Below, piece after piece: positions 60,097-64,000 of a DNA stretch of 64,000 nt (within the stretch, counting starts at the first letter, position 1; every line of letters begins with the position of its first letter). Under the pieces are notes generated by a model, which was not told the DNA's origin, searched no databases, and saw nothing but the letters and a program-made list of their open reading frames with translations. The translations under genes and the position numbers were made by a program. The DNA comes from Eledone cirrhosa. Its lineage: Eukaryota. The stretch covers positions 13,392,001 to 13,456,000 of the forward strand of contig OZ024762.1 in the NCBI GenBank assembly GCA_964016885.1, read 5' to 3'.

Positions 60097-60285
60097 CTTC
60101 TTCTTCTTCTTCTTCTTCTTCTTCTTCTTCAATGTCTACCACTCACCACCCCGCGACCACCGATTGTCGGTTTTCTTCCGCAAAAAAATCGAAAGGAGTG
60201 CATGTATCTGGCCTGAGGAAGAAGTCCCGTCCCCCACACCCCTCGGTATCACTGGCTATTCTCTGTGGTAATGCTTTCGCCATTT
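59890..60285. repeat. Diverged ~160-bp direct duplication separated by (TTC)n
   Basis: tcttccgcaaaaa...tgcatgtat...ctgaggaa...ggtatc(g/a)ctggctattctc...ttcgcca occurs at 59890-60059 and 60137-60283. Confidence 0.75.
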
Positions 60286-60445
60286 TGTCAGGGGAGCACA
60301 GCTGAAGTGATATACACCTAGCCAGGGGCTCTCTTCCCACTTTCTACCATTTCTAAAATTCTTCTCCATCCGTTTGTTAAGTGAAATACTTAGATAAATA
60401 AAATTCCTCATCGTAAAAAATATTATTTGCTTTGGAAAAGTTATT

Positions 60446-60672
60446 CAAGGGTCAACTGAAACATCCATAGACTGACTATAAAGGAGTGATGCTAGAGCTG
60501 TGAAATCTTTCATGCATTCATTTCAACTGTTCTTATCAATAACTGAGTTGTTTCTTTCCAGGGACTATGTTGAAAAAATACCTCATTTGGTCATTCCCTG
60601 ATAGTATATTGGTCATAGGCTGACTATGAATGGAGTGATGCTAGAGCAGTGAAACCTTGCAAGTATTAATTC
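60446..60672 (-). mobile_element. Mariner-derived element related to 528-1032 (~1.4 units, opposite orientation)
   Basis: ggagtgatgctagagctgtgaaatct...tttctttccagggactatgttgaaaaata...cctcatttggtcat is the reverse complement of the 141-bp unit. Confidence 0.65.
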
Positions 60673-60695
60673 GAAATCTTTAATTAGGAAGATTT

Positions 60696-60788
<93 letters not shown>

Positions 60789-60950
60789 TTTTAGTATATG
60801 TTGGTTGTTTACCGACACCTCAGTATGCAGATTGGAGCACTCGACGAAGTACGCAGGTTGGTTTGTTTACTCCGGAGTAATGTAAAATAATCACGTCAAA
60901 TATGTAAAATTTGGCTTCGTTTATTCGTGTGTGTATATATATATATATAT

Positions 60951-61081
60951 ATAGGAACGAGTAGGACCCCGACGGCTGAGCTCAAGCCGTTTCGACGGCT
61001 AATTCTGGACGCAGAATTAGAGTCCAGAATTAGCCGTCGAAACGGCTTGAGCTCAGCCGTCGGGGTCCTACTCGTTCCTAT
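60951..61081. repeat. Perfect 60-bp fold-back containing the 3' two-thirds of a hammerhead (family G)
   Basis: 60951-61010 is the exact reverse complement of 61022-61081. Contains ...cagaattagccgtc-GAAA-cggct(tgagctc)agccGTC-ggggtcc. CUGANGA is absent. Confidence 0.85.
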
Positions 61082-61600
61082 TACCCACTCTACTACCCTA
61101 AGTATTGAGTACTTTGGTGCGTTATGGTCCACCTGGTTCCTTACCACATTTCCTTCGTTATATATACTGTCTGTATGTCTGGCTGTCTGCATTACGTCAT
61201 TATGACGCGCTCAGCGCGATTCCCTCGGCCTCAGTGACCAAAGTCAGTGGAGAGGGGAAGGTAATGTTTCTGTAGCACGTGTTTTAGCGTCTATTCACTC
61301 TCTCTCTCTCCCTCCCGCTATCCCCCTCTCGTAGTCTGTCTCTTTCTTTCACTCTCACTCTCTCTCTACGCACGTGTTTCCACTCTCGGACAGACAGACA
61401 GAGAAATTGCTGGTTATATATATAAGTAGATTGAAACACAGATCTGTAGTTACGTGAAAATGTTTTGATTCAGCTGCAAAATTGTAAGCGTGACGTAACA
61501 GTGTCGTTTCTCTCCATGTATATATGTATATATATATATACACACACACAGACATATATATATATTCACATATATAAACACACATTCATACACACACACA

Positions 61601-61666
<66 letters not shown>

Positions 61667-61689
61667 ATGCAAAGAAATACTACATACAT

Positions 61690-61739
<50 letters not shown>

Positions 61740-61754
61740 AAACACACCACTGCA

Positions 61755-62447
61755 AATATATAAATATACAGGTATATAGGAATATAAAGATACAGGTATA
61801 TAGGTATATAGATAAACAGGTATATAGGTATGTAAATATACAGGTATATAGGTATATAAATATATAAATATATAAATATACAGGTATATAGGTATATAGA
61901 TATATAAATATACAGGTATTCAGGTATATAGGTATATAGATATATAAATATACAGGTATACAGGTATATAAATATATAAATATACAGGTATATAAATAAA
62001 CAGGTATATAGGTATATAAATATATAAATATACATGTATACAGGTATATAAATATACAGGTATATAGATATATAAATATATAAATATACAGGTATATAGT
62101 TATACAGGTATATAAATCTACAGGTATATAGATATATAAATATATAAATATACAGGTATACAGGTATATAGATATATAAATATATAAATATACATGTATA
62201 TAGGTATATAAATATATAAATATACATGTATATAGGTATATAAATATATAAATATACAGCTATATAGGTATATAAATATACATGCATACAGGTATATAAA
62301 TATACAGGTATATAGATATATAAATATATAAATATAGAGGTATACAGATATATAGGTATGTAAATATACAGATATATAAATATACAGGTATATAAATATA
62401 TAAATATACAGGTATATAGATATATAAATATATAAATATACAGGTAT
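61755..62447. repeat. AT-rich minisatellite (tatataaatatacagg variants)
   Basis: Direct inspection. Confidence 0.9.
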
Positions 62448-62664
62448 CCACAAATTCATTAGTGTGCAGTAAATTTCCTACTTTGGTACGTGATTGCAGA
62501 AAAAGCCGAAGAACTGCAGAAAATCAGGAAAAAAAAGGCAAAGAAGCGATTCTTTAAGAGCAGTCATGTCAATTAGTCTTTGTATTCTGTGACAAAGAAA
62601 CTGAAATTACCTCCAGCTAACGGAAAACTTATTTCAAATTGATGTTAGTTTTGGTTTTCTATAG

Positions 62665-63465
62665 TTGTATGTTGTTGTTGTTGTTGTTGTTGTTGGTGGT
62701 GGTATTGTTGTTGTTGTTGGTGGTGGTGTTGGTGTTGGCGTTGTTGTTGGTGTTGGTGTTGTTCGTGTTGTTGTTGGTGGTGGTGTTGGTGGTGGTGTTG
62801 TAGTTGTTATTTTAGAGACTGTTGTTGGTGTTGTTGTTGGTGGTGGTGGTGGTGTTGTTGTTGTTGTTGGTGGTGGTGTTGGTGTTGGCGTTGTTGTTGG
62901 TGTTGGTGTTGTTCGTGTTGTTGTTGGTGGTGGTGTTGGTGGTGGTGTTGTAGTTGTTATTTTAGAGACTGTTGTTGGTGTTGTTGGTGGTGGTGGTGGT
63001 GTTGTTGTTGTTGTTGTTGGTGTTGTTCGTGTTGGTGGTGGTGGTGGTGGTGGTGGTGTTGTTGGTGGTGGTGGTATTGTTGTTGTTGGTGGTGGTGGTG
63101 TTGGTGGTGTTGTGGTGGTTGTTGTTGTTGGCGGTGTTGTTGATGTTGCTGGTGGTGGTGTTTTTGGTGTCATTGTGGTTGTTGGTGTGGTTGGTGTTGT
63201 TGTTGGTGTGGTTGGTCTTGTTGTTATTTTTATTTTAGATGTTCTTGTTGTTGGTGTTATTGTTCTTGGTTTTGTTGCTGATATTATTGTTGTTGAGGTT
63301 GTTGTTATTGGTGTTGTTGTTGTTGTTGTTGTTGTTATTATTTTAGAGTTTCCTGGTGATATTGTTGTTGGCGTTGTTGTTGCTGCTGTTGTTATGGTTA
63401 TTTTAGAGGGTGTTGTTGGTGATATTGCTGATGCGGTTGTTGCAGTTGTTGTAGTTGTCGTTGTG
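62665..63465. repeat. (GTT/GGT)n tract with an internal ~150-bp duplication
   Basis: 'gtagttgttattttagagact' occurs twice, 150 bp apart (ending at 62820 and 62970). Confidence 0.9.
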
Positions 63466-63719
63466 GATAGATAAATAGATGGACATATGTATAGATTGAG
63501 AGATAGACACACAGACATATAGAGATAGAGTGAGCTATAGAGACATAGATAGCTAGATATAGATAAATAGAGAGATATAGATAGATAAATAGATACAGAT
63601 ATATATCTATAGATAGAGATAGATAGAGATATAGAGATAGAGATATAGAGAGATTGACAGTGGCGAAATAACTGGGAGGTAGAGGTAGAGAGAGAGAGAA
63701 GGAGATAGATAGATAGAGA

Positions 63720-63764
<45 letters not shown>

Positions 63765-64000
63765 TAGTGACGTGTGTAAAGCTAAAATGAAAGATATAAA
63801 AATATTTCTCAGAGAGAATGTATATAAATTTTATATTTGCTAAATATAGTAAGATATATATAATATATACATAGTAAGGTATATATATATAGTAAGACAT
63901 ATATATATATATATAACATATATATAGTGAGATATATACATATTAAGATATATATACAAGATATATATAGCAAGTTATATATATATATATGTGATATATA

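Noticed and set aside
62634-63518. Thr/Pro-rich mucin or extensin-like ORF
   Set aside because: A trinucleotide tract bounded by (GATA)n-type repeats, and the opposite strand is equally open. It cannot be supported without RNA data.

Overview
Eukaryotic, gene-poor DNA dominated by microsatellites ((TA)n, (CA)n, (GA)n, (GATA)n and trinucleotide runs). The microsatellite load and the tRNA-headed Meta-domain SINEs suggest a mollusc, probably a cephalopod such as Octopus (inference). Nearly all listed ORFs are translations of simple repeats, and no intact host gene can be supported. Recognisable coding remnants are a Tx1/L1-type LINE 3' end inserted in a (GATA)n tract and several RTE-type LINE 3' fragments. 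The main signal is a set of short, mutually dissimilar elements embedded in (TA)n tracts that carry type I hammerhead ribozyme (HHR) motifs: about 9 complete motifs from about 7 sequence families, plus partial and degenerate ones. Many form fold-back (inverted) structures of one consistent polarity, with both element 3' ends pointing outward into (TA)n. One is a ~320-bp retrozyme-like unit with an extended HHR carrying a U3-A8 compensatory core. These look like Penelope-like-element pLTRs or non-autonomous retrozymes. Other observations: transposon fragments amplified into minisatellites, a ~0.5-kb inverted duplication with an exon-like core, a CCAAT/ETS/YY1-rich tandem array, and many YY1-type motifs.
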